This document shows positions 27,205 to 35,829 of a stretch of 59,919 nucleotides of DNA, in pieces (the first letter of the stretch is position 1; every line of letters starts with the position of its first letter). The notes beneath the pieces were generated by a model that was given only the letters and a program-made list of their open reading frames with translations, ran no database searches and had not been told where the DNA came from. Origin of the DNA: a virus; the UHGV virus genome UHGV-0342645; one strand, written 5' to 3'. The translations under genes were made by a program, and so were the position numbers.

Positions 27205-27699
27205 ATGTACGTCCTGATTGATACAGATAAATTTGAACTCTTGGCAAAGCATCCCAATTGGCTGACACTACACCAACTTGGAATTATTTGTTGCCCTGAG
27301 TCAACACTGGTAACACCAGTAGACGATTTACACGATCTTGAAGATGTTGATCTTCAAATGCTTTATATTAACTTGACAGAAAACTTAGGAGCTGCACCTT
27401 ATGAACGGGAAATCGTTGAGCGCATTTTGTTTGATTACTTTACGCAACTTCCAGAAACAATCCTGGATCACGCCCAAATCAGCGCACAAGCCGAATTCTG
27501 TGTGGAATACGATATCCAAGGCTTTTGCTCACCTCAAATTGGGCAATACGTTCCGTCAATGGATGAAGGACTTTGGAAACCTGCCCGTGTCAAATACGAT
27601 GCTGAACGGGAGGGTGGTATTATTTCCGGTGCCAGGGTCGTTTGTGAGCAACCCGCATTGCAAGCTGCATGGACGCCGGGCAGAGGGGCAAAGAGCTAG
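27205..27699 (+). CDS. hypothetical protein
   Basis: 164 aa acidic ORF. Confidence 0.5.
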   Translation: MYVLIDTDKFELLAKHPNWLTLHQLGIICCPESTLVTPVDDLHDLEDVDLQMLYINLTENLGAAPYEREIVERILFDYFTQLPETILDHAQISAQAEFCVEYDIQGFCSPQIGQYVPSMDEGLWKPARVKYDAEREGGIISGARVVCEQPALQAAWTPGRGAKS

Positions 27700-27827
27700 T
27701 AAGTTCTAAGCTTGATCAAAAAATATTTTTAAAAATGTTCAGATAAGGGGTTGCGTGTCACAAAATCCTTTGGTACATTTAACCCCGTTGGTAACAAACG
27801 AACCCATAACAATTCGGAGTGAAGAGA

Positions 27828-28628
27828 ATGAGCAACATTGAAGACAAAAAAGCTGCCGCCGCAGCCGCCGCTGCCGCTGCAAAATCTGCTAAACCTGCAA
27901 AGAAAGAAGCTACTGTGAATGATGCAGAAGCTAAGAAAGCCGCTGCCGCTGAAGCTGCACGCGTAGCAAAAGAGAAAAAAGAAGCAGAGAAAAAAGCTGC
28001 CGCTGAAAAGAAACAAGCTGAAATCCGCACTGAAGCGGAAAACAAATTTACCGCTCTTTCCCAGGCAGTTGAAACCGTGAAGTTTGCTTTATCTGGTATT
28101 ACCGATGAAAGCACTGTTGAACAGATTACGGAAGCAGAATCTAAGGGTTCTGAACAGCTGAAGCATTTAAAGAATGCTCTGAAAGAGCTGAAAGCAGTTG
28201 TTAAAAAATCCAAAGGTGAAGATCTGTCCGGTGCAGTGACTGCTGCTCAGAGCATGGTAGACGAACTGGATTCGTCTATTAAAGGCTTCAAAGACAAGAT
28301 CCGTGCTGCAAAACAGGCAGAAAAAGAAGCGGAAAAAGCACGCGCTAAAGAGCTCCGCGAGAAAGAAAAAGAAGCTAATCGTATGCCGGAACAGAACGGT
28401 GTTCGTCGTCCGCAACCGGAAACTTCCTGCGGTCGTGCCTGGGCTCTGATGGACCAGATTAGCGCTACGCTGGGTCAGCCTGCTCCGATCTCTTATGTTC
28501 TGAATCTGGCTGGTCGCCAGGGGCTGAACGAAGATACCGTTAAAACCCAGTATGCACGCTGGAAGAAATTTAATGGTGTAACTGGTCGCGTACCTGTACC
28601 AGTACCGGAAGCCCTGAACGGCTTGTAA
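27828..28628 (+). CDS. Ala/Lys-rich histone-H1-like basic protein
   Basis: Start refined to MSNIEDKK (RBS GGAGTGAAGAG). The first about 70 aa are poly-A followed by AKKxAAxEKK repeats (H1/AlgP-like KAAA repeats), with a predicted coiled-coil central region. Confidence 0.5.
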   Translation: MSNIEDKKAAAAAAAAAAKSAKPAKKEATVNDAEAKKAAAAEAARVAKEKKEAEKKAAAEKKQAEIRTEAENKFTALSQAVETVKFALSGITDESTVEQITEAESKGSEQLKHLKNALKELKAVVKKSKGEDLSGAVTAAQSMVDELDSSIKGFKDKIRAAKQAEKEAEKARAKELREKEKEANRMPEQNGVRRPQPETSCGRAWALMDQISATLGQPAPISYVLNLAGRQGLNEDTVKTQYARWKKFNGVTGRVPVPVPEALNGL

Positions 28629-28654
28629 TATCAAAACATATCACGTTATAATGA

Positions 28655-28681
28655 AGGCGCCCAATGAGGCGCTTTCTTTTT
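28655..28681 (+). terminator. intrinsic terminator (GGCGCC-CAATGA-GGCGCT-TTCTTTTT)
   Basis: Hairpin plus U-tract after the stop at 28628. Confidence 0.5.
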
Positions 28682-28697
28682 CACTAGAGGATTTAAG

Positions 28698-29405
28698 ATG
28701 AATATTAATCAACAAGCTCCCGAGTCTCGTTCTAAAGAAAACGATATGTATTTAGACGTGCATTCGGTATTCTCTACCATTCAGGGTGAAGGTCCGTTCT
28801 GCGGCCAGCCTGCTGTATTTGTGCGCCTTGCTGGATGTAACCTGCAATGCCCAGGCTGCGACACGGATTATACTGTTGGTCGTTCTCTTTACCACATTGT
28901 TGATATCATGCGTTTAATCGAAAGCCGTAAGCTGGAATCAGGCAATAGCACCTCACTTGTGGTTATTACTGGGGGTGAACCGTTCCGTCAGCAAATTAAC
29001 CCGCTTATTGAACAACTGTTATCGCGGGGCTATTTGGTGCAAATCGAAACTAATGGGTCTATGCCTTTACCTAAGAACTTTTCCCAGTTGCCTGTGATTG
29101 TATGTAGCCCCAAGACCTCAAAGATTCATCCTTCTGTGCTTTACCGCGCTAATGCATTTAAATATGTACTTAAAGCGTGCTGTGTAAACGTGGAAGATGG
29201 TTTACCCCTTCAAGCATTAGATCATCAAGCTACGCCATTTATCGCTAGACCTCCGAAGGGGTTCAAGGGTAAGATATATTTACAGCCAATGGACGAGCAG
29301 GATGAAGACCTTAACCACAGTAACATCCAAGCGGTTGTCCAAAGCTGTATGAAACACGGATACACGTTGCAGCTTCAGGTTCACAAATATATCGGGGTGG
29401 AATAA
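28698..29405 (+). CDS. queE: 7-carboxy-7-deazaguanine synthase (radical SAM)
   Basis: IQGEGPF..G.P..F.RLAGCNLQCPGCDT matches the QueE cluster-binding CxxxCxxC variant and the SAM-binding start; alternative start at 28743 (MYLDVH). Confidence 0.8.
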   Translation: MNINQQAPESRSKENDMYLDVHSVFSTIQGEGPFCGQPAVFVRLAGCNLQCPGCDTDYTVGRSLYHIVDIMRLIESRKLESGNSTSLVVITGGEPFRQQINPLIEQLLSRGYLVQIETNGSMPLPKNFSQLPVIVCSPKTSKIHPSVLYRANAFKYVLKACCVNVEDGLPLQALDHQATPFIARPPKGFKGKIYLQPMDEQDEDLNHSNIQAVVQSCMKHGYTLQLQVHKYIGVE

Positions 29406-29659
29406 TGCGTGTGTTAAGTCGGGTTGTGCATACTAAAGATGTTAATTTTTATGGTGTCACTTTAACCGTTCCAAGTCGAGTTGATTATCTGGCAGCTGAC
29501 AAGGATGGAAAGGTTTGTGGGTATGAAGTAGCTCCTCCAGAACTCAGTCATCGATTTGATAGATGGCTGCCAGCAGATCCGGGAGCTTACGAGTACGATG
29601 AAATAGCTTATGTAGACCTTGAAGGCTTAGACTGGACTCAAACATTAAGGGAGGTTTAA
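29405..29659 (+). CDS. hypothetical protein, third member of the small paralog family (YLAADKDGKVCGYEVAP ... YVDLEGLDWTQTLREV)
   Basis: 84 aa; located inside the deazaguanine island; shares motifs with 8050..8352 and 8683..8964 on the other strand. Confidence 0.45.
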   Translation: MRVLSRVVHTKDVNFYGVTLTVPSRVDYLAADKDGKVCGYEVAPPELSHRFDRWLPADPGAYEYDEIAYVDLEGLDWTQTLREV

Positions 29660-29872
29660 ATGATCACTTTAGAAGAAGCGAAACAGCATCAGGAAATGAT
29701 CACTGAGATTGTAGAAAAACTTAATTCTGCAATTGCTCACGCTACTATGCAGGGTGTACATGTTGAATTAGATATTAACCACGTTAGCACAATCGGAGCA
29801 CGCAATCATCCGATTGTGCTGTCAAATGTAACAATTAATCCTTGTGATATTAAAGGTGTAGAAGATGAATGA
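29660..29872 (+). CDS. hypothetical small protein (tandem paralog A)
   Basis: 70 aa; similar pattern to the next ORF (..L..AI..A...H.EL.I....). Confidence 0.4.
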   Translation: MITLEEAKQHQEMITEIVEKLNSAIAHATMQGVHVELDINHVSTIGARNHPIVLSNVTINPCDIKGVEDE

Positions 29873-30053
29873 AGAAACTGTAATTCTTATGCAGAAAATT
29901 CAACGTTTACAGGACGAGTTGAATGACGCTATTTGCCGCGCTGCATCCAAGAACATACATTCGGAGCTTGAAATACACCAGCGTAAGGTAACATCTGAAG
30001 CGGTGGTGGAACAAGTAGTCATTAACCTCAATATTAGTCTTAAAGGTTTCTAA
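29865..30053 (+). CDS. hypothetical small protein (tandem paralog B)
   Basis: 62 aa; overlaps the previous stop; shares helical pattern and length with 29660..29872. Confidence 0.4.
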   Translation: MNEETVILMQKIQRLQDELNDAICRAASKNIHSELEIHQRKVTSEAVVEQVVINLNISLKGF

Positions 30054-30054
30054 A

Positions 30055-30762
30055 ATGAATAAATTAGATAAACTGGTATTCCCTGTAAAAAATCATAACT
30101 CCGCCGTTGTAGTCCTGTCTGGCGGCCAGGACAGTGTGACCTGTTTAGGTCTTGCACTTAATAACTATGATAAGGTTTACGCTATTGGTTTTGCATACGG
30201 TCAACGTCATAACATTGAGCTGGCTTGTGCTAATCAAATTTGTAAAGAGCACGATGTCCCATTTGTTGTCTTTGAATTACCTGCTTTGAAACAGATTGGG
30301 AATAGCGCTTTAATCGGGGATGAAGGTGATGTTAACGAACATCACGAACAGCACAACAACCTTCCGGCAAGCTTTGTGCCAAACCGTAATGCTCTTTTCC
30401 TCACTACCGCGCACGCTTACGCACAGAAAGTTGGCGCTCGATATGTGGTTACGGGCGTTTGTGAAACAGACTATAGCGGTTATCCGGATTGCCGCCAGCA
30501 GTTTGTAAACTTGCTTGAAGCTACATTAAACGTTGGATATGAAACTGATATCCATTTTGTTACACCGCTTATGCGTTTAAATAAAGCGGAAACGTTTGAA
30601 CTGGCGGATAAGGTTGGTTTCTTAACCACAGTAATTGAACAGTCCCATACTTGCTATAACGGTGTCCGTCGCACTCTGCATGACTGGGGCTATGGTTGCG
30701 GTGAATGCCCTGCGTGCAAACTGCGTGCTAAAGGGTACAGCGAATTTATTAGCAAAGCTTAA
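30055..30762 (+). CDS. queC: 7-cyano-7-deazaguanine (preQ0) synthase
   Basis: PP-loop VVLSGGQDS near the N-terminus and C-terminal Zn-binding cysteines (CYNG...CGECPAC); 235 aa, canonical single-domain QueC with no glutamine-amidotransferase fusion. Confidence 0.85.
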   Translation: MNKLDKLVFPVKNHNSAVVVLSGGQDSVTCLGLALNNYDKVYAIGFAYGQRHNIELACANQICKEHDVPFVVFELPALKQIGNSALIGDEGDVNEHHEQHNNLPASFVPNRNALFLTTAHAYAQKVGARYVVTGVCETDYSGYPDCRQQFVNLLEATLNVGYETDIHFVTPLMRLNKAETFELADKVGFLTTVIEQSHTCYNGVRRTLHDWGYGCGECPACKLRAKGYSEFISKA

Positions 30763-30882
30763 TCTTACCGCGAAAACCGCACCGCTAGCGCATTGTTTAG
30801 GGTGCGGGAACCCAACTATACTACTAAAGCTTTTAAACCCAACAACCAGCGAATACCGCTGTTAAAACTGGAGAACAAAAGT

Positions 30883-31362
30883 ATGAAATTTATCGTCGCT
30901 TATTTGGCTGCAATTACATTCGTAAATCTGGGCTTTTCCTACCTCCCAATGCTTAACACGCCTCTTGGCGTAGTCCCCATGATGGCTTTCTTTGTAGGTA
31001 TTATCTTTGTGTTGCGTGACTACGCACAGCGTAACGCTGGCAAAGGCGTTATCCCTGCAATGATTGTGGGTTGCATCCTTAGCTGGGTATTTGGGGACCC
31101 TGCTGTTGTAGTTGCATCCGTTGCATCCTTTGCTCTTAGCGAGTTTGCGGACTATGCGGTATACACGATTACTAAGAAGCCGTTTCATCAACGTGTATTT
31201 ATCAGCTCTTTGGTAGCTGTACCAATTGACTCCATTGTGTTCTTAAGTATTATAGGTATTGTTAATCCGGGATCAATGGTAGCAATGAGCTTAAGTAAGT
31301 TCACAGCATCTGCCATCCTTTGGGTTGTTTACGAAGTTCATTCACGTACAGCGAGAGCGTAA
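30883..31362 (+). CDS. YhhQ/QueT (Vut/DUF165)-family membrane protein, putative 7-deazapurine (preQ0/preQ1) precursor transporter
   Basis: Start refined to MKFIVAYLAAI (RBS GGAGAACAAAAG). Multi-TM protein; the ASFALSEFADYAVY and LRDY motifs resemble DUF165/YhhQ conserved segments. Confidence 0.55.
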   Translation: MKFIVAYLAAITFVNLGFSYLPMLNTPLGVVPMMAFFVGIIFVLRDYAQRNAGKGVIPAMIVGCILSWVFGDPAVVVASVASFALSEFADYAVYTITKKPFHQRVFISSLVAVPIDSIVFLSIIGIVNPGSMVAMSLSKFTASAILWVVYEVHSRTARA

Positions 31363-31363
31363 A

Positions 31364-31954
31364 ATGAAAGATAATTTGAATAAAATTTGGCATCAACACG
31401 ACGGTAAAGGAATGCCTATTTTTCTTCGTAATGAGAAGTTTGAAGTTCGTTTGCGCAACGGCACACACGTTAAGAATCTATTACATGGATGGGATTGGGC
31501 TATGGAAGGGCGTTCAGCTATGGATGAGAATAGCCCTTATAAAGTTCAAGATATTATAGCCTGGCGATATATTGTTGCGGATGATTACGTCAAACAAGCC
31601 GGCGAAAACACTCGCTCCGGAGTGTGCCATCAATCTTCTTCTGGAATAAGCATAAGTAATACATTTAATGGTGCAGTTTTTACGAAATATGAACCATCTA
31701 AAATTCCCATGAATAAATATCAGAAAATTATTTATGGTAAAGATCAAAACGGCAATGTTGTAAAATGCATCGTGGACGTGTATGATGTCTTGGAAGCTTG
31801 GAAAACGACTAACCCAGCTTTACAACATTTGATTAAAAAGGCGTTGCAGCCTGGCGAACGCGGTCATAAAAGTCTGGTAGAAGACTTGAAAGATATTATT
31901 GCATCTGCACAGCGTGCGTTAGAAATTGAACAGTCTAAAGAGGTGTTAAAATGA
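31364..31954 (+). CDS. hypothetical protein embedded in the deazaguanine island
   Basis: About 196 aa from MKDNLNKIWHQ; no recognisable motif; flanked by the transporter and queD. Confidence 0.45.
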   Translation: MKDNLNKIWHQHDGKGMPIFLRNEKFEVRLRNGTHVKNLLHGWDWAMEGRSAMDENSPYKVQDIIAWRYIVADDYVKQAGENTRSGVCHQSSSGISISNTFNGAVFTKYEPSKIPMNKYQKIIYGKDQNGNVVKCIVDVYDVLEAWKTTNPALQHLIKKALQPGERGHKSLVEDLKDIIASAQRALEIEQSKEVLK

Positions 31955-32484
31955 GCTATACAGTAATTCGTTCACATGAAATTTGTGCTGGACATCGTGT
32001 TGTAGGACATGAAAGCAAGTGTCGTCATCTTCACGGTCACAACTATAAGTTTCACTTTAAGGTTGCACCGAAGCGCGTAGAAAGCGAAAACTACATCCCG
32101 GGCGCGAAAGGTTTCTCCGTTGAAGGTAAACTGGACGATGTCGGGCGCGTTATTGATTTTAGTGTGGTTAAGACTACGCTCTGTCAGTGGCTGGAAGACA
32201 ACTGGGATCACAAGTTCCTGCACTGGGAAAATGATCCTCTCATTAAAGGCCTCGATGCTCTTTTACGTCACGACGCTGCTATAGGGTATGACGTGGTAGA
32301 GCAAGAGGACGGATCCCATTTCTTTGACTCACTGGTAGCGCTACCGTTCAACCCAACTGCGGAGAACTTAGCTGCATATATGGTTAACGTAATTGGACCG
32401 CAACTACTTGACGGACATGGTGTTCAACTTGTAGAATGCACCATCGAAGAAACTTCGAAATGCCACGTAAATTATAGCCTGTAA
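31951..32484 (+). CDS. queD: 6-carboxy-5,6,7,8-tetrahydropterin synthase
   Basis: CxxxHGH zinc/active-site motif (CRHLHGHNY) and a second HH; 177 aa. Confidence 0.8.
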   Translation: MSYTVIRSHEICAGHRVVGHESKCRHLHGHNYKFHFKVAPKRVESENYIPGAKGFSVEGKLDDVGRVIDFSVVKTTLCQWLEDNWDHKFLHWENDPLIKGLDALLRHDAAIGYDVVEQEDGSHFFDSLVALPFNPTAENLAAYMVNVIGPQLLDGHGVQLVECTIEETSKCHVNYSL

Positions 32485-32519
32485 TATGACCACATTAACA
32501 AACAAGGAAACTGCAAACC

Positions 32520-33101
32520 ATGCGTAAAGATACTGTAAAAATTGCTATTAGTTCATTACTTTTAAATATTGAAGGTTCAACAGAACTCCGTCCTGGGTTG
32601 GAAGAGACTCCTGAACGTGTCGCTAAAGCATACCAGACGTGGTTCGGCGGTTACGATGTAGATATCGCTGGATTGTTTAAAACCTTTGAGGATGGGGCTG
32701 AAAACACCAATGAAATGGTCATTGCCCGTGATATTCCTGTATACAGTCATTGTGAGCATCACATGGCTCCTATTATCGGTCATGCTGTTGTGGGTTATGT
32801 TCCCAATGGGAAGATCGTTGGGCTCAGTAAACTGTCTCGCGTAGTTGATGCTTTTAGCCGTCGCTTGCAAGTCCAAGAGCGTCTAACTAACCAGATTGCA
32901 GACGCTATCCAGGAGCATTTAAACCCGAAAGCTGTATGCGTTTATATTGACGCCAAACATATGTGCATGGAGTCGCGCGGTGTTAAGCAGGTATGCGGCA
33001 GCTCTACCATTACCAAAGCGTTCCGGGGCGCTACAGAACTGGAGCATGGTAGCGATATTGGTAAAGAATGGCGCCGGGAGTTCCTTGAAGCTTGTAAATA
33101 A
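32520..33101 (+). CDS. folE: GTP cyclohydrolase I
   Basis: SHCEHHM zinc-binding motif; 193 aa; first step of the preQ0 pathway. Confidence 0.85.
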   Translation: MRKDTVKIAISSLLLNIEGSTELRPGLEETPERVAKAYQTWFGGYDVDIAGLFKTFEDGAENTNEMVIARDIPVYSHCEHHMAPIIGHAVVGYVPNGKIVGLSKLSRVVDAFSRRLQVQERLTNQIADAIQEHLNPKAVCVYIDAKHMCMESRGVKQVCGSSTITKAFRGATELEHGSDIGKEWRREFLEACK

Positions 33102-33120
33102 TAGATAGCTTTACAGATCA

Positions 33121-33158
33121 AGCCCATATCGGTCATAATACTGGTATGGGCTTTTTAG
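33121..33158 (+). terminator. terminator-like hairpin (AGCCCATA-17 nt loop-TATGGGCT-TTTTAG)
   Basis: 8-bp stem and U-tract after the folE stop. Confidence 0.45.
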
Positions 33159-33171
33159 TTGGTATAAGACA

Positions 33172-33729
33172 ATGGAAATTATCACAAGAGCTGAAGCAAA
33201 AGAAAGAGGTTTGAAATATTATTTTACTGGTAAGCCTTGTGCGAAAGGTCATCTTTCTGAAAGAAAGACTGTAGATGGCTATTGCATTACTTGTGACAGA
33301 GAAGCACGAAAGAAAAGAATGCGTATTTACAATAAAACAGAAGCTGCAAGGAATGCTATTAAGAGATATCATAAGTCACAGAAAGGAAAAGAAGCCCTTC
33401 AACGTTCAAAAGCTGCTTATAATTCTACTGAGAAAGGTAAAGAACAAAATAAAGAAAGGCTGAAACGCTGGGCTAAGACAGATTACGGTAAAGCTAGATC
33501 AAGATTACATTCCCTTGAAGTGCATAAGAAAAGGTCTTTAAGAATCCCTGCGTGGTCTGAAAAAGAACAAATTGAATTGTTCTACGCTAACTGCCCGGAT
33601 GGGATGGAGGTTGATCATATTATACCTCTTTGCGGTAAAAGAGTTAGTGGACTTCACGTCCTTAGTAACCTACAATACTTATCTATTGAAGAAAACAGAT
33701 CTAAGCGTAATAAATTTGAGGTGGAATAA
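33172..33729 (+). CDS. HNH homing endonuclease
   Basis: C-terminal HNH motif EVDHIIPLCGK...NLQYLSIEENRSKRN; the N-terminus has CxxC...CxxC; inserted between folE and dpdA. Confidence 0.7.
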   Translation: MEIITRAEAKERGLKYYFTGKPCAKGHLSERKTVDGYCITCDREARKKRMRIYNKTEAARNAIKRYHKSQKGKEALQRSKAAYNSTEKGKEQNKERLKRWAKTDYGKARSRLHSLEVHKKRSLRIPAWSEKEQIELFYANCPDGMEVDHIIPLCGKRVSGLHVLSNLQYLSIEENRSKRNKFEVE

Positions 33730-34649
33730 TGCATCTGTTTGTTGCTGCGGTATATACCAACGGCTATAAAGCTGGTCAACAACGATATGAAAAGTTAAAC
33801 GATCGGGAAAAGGACATCGTTAATAGCCTACCAAATATTTTGGAATCATACCACTACGTTGGACGTCAGAAGTATGTTGATCAAATGCGTGCGGACGGGG
33901 CTAAAGTGTTTCTCGACTCCGGAGCATTCTCCGCGCACTCGTTAGGTGCTCACATTGATATTGTCGAATATTGCGAATACATCAAACGCAATAAAGATAT
34001 CCTGCGCGTAGAAGATGGTGCTGTAATGGCGTCAGTGCTTGATGGTATCGGTGATCCACTGCAAACCTACCGTAACCAGCTTGAAATGGAAGCACGCGGT
34101 GCTAAACCGTTACCTTGCTTTCACTTTGGGGAGGACTTCCGCTATCTCGAATATTACATGAAGAACTACGAATATATCACCATCGGGGGCATGGTAGGGC
34201 GTTCCACGGACACGCTTAAAACTTGGCTTGACCGCATGTGGGATAAATATATTTGCGATGGTAGCGGTCGCCCTAAGATTAAGCTTCATGCATTTGGTAT
34301 TACGTCCACTACCATTATGGAACGTTACCCGTGGTATAGCTGTGACTCATCCTCCTGGATTCAAGCGGCAGCGTTTGGAAGTGTGGTTACTCCTCCGTGG
34401 GGCCCGATGCGCGTATCTGACAAGTCACCGGACCGACACCATTTCGGTAAGCACGTTTCAACGCTAACTGAAATTGAACAAGACGCTGTCCTTAAATACC
34501 TTGAGCAAAACGGTTTCACTTACGAACGTTTATCAACAATCTATGAATCACGTGCTGCCTTCAACTTATGGGCGTATGGTGTAATTGCTGCAAACATTAA
34601 CGCTACCCATGACGGCACATTCCGTGATCGTGTAATGGAGTTGTTCTGA
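33729..34649 (+). CDS. dpdA: DpdA-like DNA 7-deazaguanine transglycosylase (TGT superfamily)
   Basis: 306 aa; LDSGAFS resembles the TGT LDSGGFQ substrate-binding motif. Co-located with queCDE/folE, as in phage deazaguanine DNA-modification clusters. Confidence 0.65.
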   Translation: MHLFVAAVYTNGYKAGQQRYEKLNDREKDIVNSLPNILESYHYVGRQKYVDQMRADGAKVFLDSGAFSAHSLGAHIDIVEYCEYIKRNKDILRVEDGAVMASVLDGIGDPLQTYRNQLEMEARGAKPLPCFHFGEDFRYLEYYMKNYEYITIGGMVGRSTDTLKTWLDRMWDKYICDGSGRPKIKLHAFGITSTTIMERYPWYSCDSSSWIQAAAFGSVVTPPWGPMRVSDKSPDRHHFGKHVSTLTEIEQDAVLKYLEQNGFTYERLSTIYESRAAFNLWAYGVIAANINATHDGTFRDRVMELF

Positions 34650-34876
34650 TGGCTAACTTAAGAAGACCAAAAGGTAAACGTAAATATACTCACACAGGCG
34701 TAAGAATTAATTACTACGGTGAAAACAGAGTAGTATTCCTCCACAAGACACCTAAGCAGTGGCAGGATCCGTCAGGCACATGGTTTAATGCACAAGGGAA
34801 ACAAATGGGACTTTATGGATACCCTCCAACCTGTGAATTAGATTTAACCACAATTAGAGCAATCGAGGATCGCTAA
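34649..34876 (+). CDS. hypothetical small protein
   Basis: 75 aa; translationally coupled (ATGA overlaps). Confidence 0.4.
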   Translation: MANLRRPKGKRKYTHTGVRINYYGENRVVFLHKTPKQWQDPSGTWFNAQGKQMGLYGYPPTCELDLTTIRAIEDR

Positions 34877-35829
34877 TGTTAGACGCTCTTAAATTTGTTC
34901 AAGGCTCCGTTGCTAAAAAGGAACTGGTAGAAGGGCTTACCAGTTTTCTTATTCGTGACGGCCAAGTACAGGGCTTTAACGGTGTTATCGCACTGGGTAG
35001 CCCTATTGAGTTGGATATTGATTGCAAGCCCGAAGCTGGACCTATGATCAAAGCTATTTCAAACTGTGATGAAACAGTGCAGTTAACAATGATGGCTAAC
35101 GGTAAGCTGAATATCAAGTCAGGTCCGTTTCGTGTTGCTATACGCTGCATTGATAAAGAAACGCCGCACGTATTCCCTGAAGGCGATTTGTACGAAATAG
35201 ACGGTGCTCGCTTTGTTCATGGTGTGAAGTCCGTTGCTCCATTTGTAGGCTCCGATGCTTCCCGTCCGTGGGCTTGCGGTATCCTGATTAATAACGGTAG
35301 CCTGTTTGCTACAAATAACGTCACTATTGCGGAATACTGGTTTGGTAATCAATTCCCTATCGATTGCATAATACCTTCCGTTGCAATTAAAGAAATACTG
35401 CGTATTAAAGCTAACCCGACGCATATTCAGGTCAGTAAAAATAACGTAACGTTTCATTATTCGGAAGGTCGCTGGTTGCGCACACAGCTTATTGATGCAG
35501 AGTGGCCCGATATACGTCGTATTTTAAATGTTCAATGCAATGCACATCCTGTTGATCCAGGTCTTTTTGAAGGCTTGCATAAAATTAAACCGTTCGCAGA
35601 AGACCGACCGCGTGTATATATTGAAAACGGTCTAGCCCGTACTCACTATGATGATGCGGAAGGTGCAAGCTTTGTATTACAGGACCGCACAATAACGGGA
35701 GTGTACAATATTGACATCCTGCTATTGCTTGAAAATGTGGTTAAGACTGCGGACTTTAGTTTATATCCGCAACCTTGCGCATTCTTTGGGGAAAATCTTC
35801 GCGGTGTATTAATTGGAGAACGTGTCTAA
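34876..35829 (+). CDS. hypothetical protein; possibly a sliding-clamp-like processivity factor (weak)
   Basis: 317 aa immediately upstream of and coupled to the DNA polymerase; acidic; no firm motif. Confidence 0.3.
   Translation: MLDALKFVQGSVAKKELVEGLTSFLIRDGQVQGFNGVIALGSPIELDIDCKPEAGPMIKAISNCDETVQLTMMANGKLNIKSGPFRVAIRCIDKETPHVFPEGDLYEIDGARFVHGVKSVAPFVGSDASRPWACGILINNGSLFATNNVTIAEYWFGNQFPIDCIIPSVAIKEILRIKANPTHIQVSKNNVTFHYSEGRWLRTQLIDAEWPDIRRILNVQCNAHPVDPGLFEGLHKIKPFAEDRPRVYIENGLARTHYDDAEGASFVLQDRTITGVYNIDILLLLENVVKTADFSLYPQPCAFFGENLRGVLIGERV

Noticed and set aside
34876-35829. Confident call of a DnaN-like sliding clamp
   Set aside because: Only position (coupled upstream of the polymerase) and size suggest it. 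I could not identify clamp motifs, so I kept it as hypothetical with a weak note.
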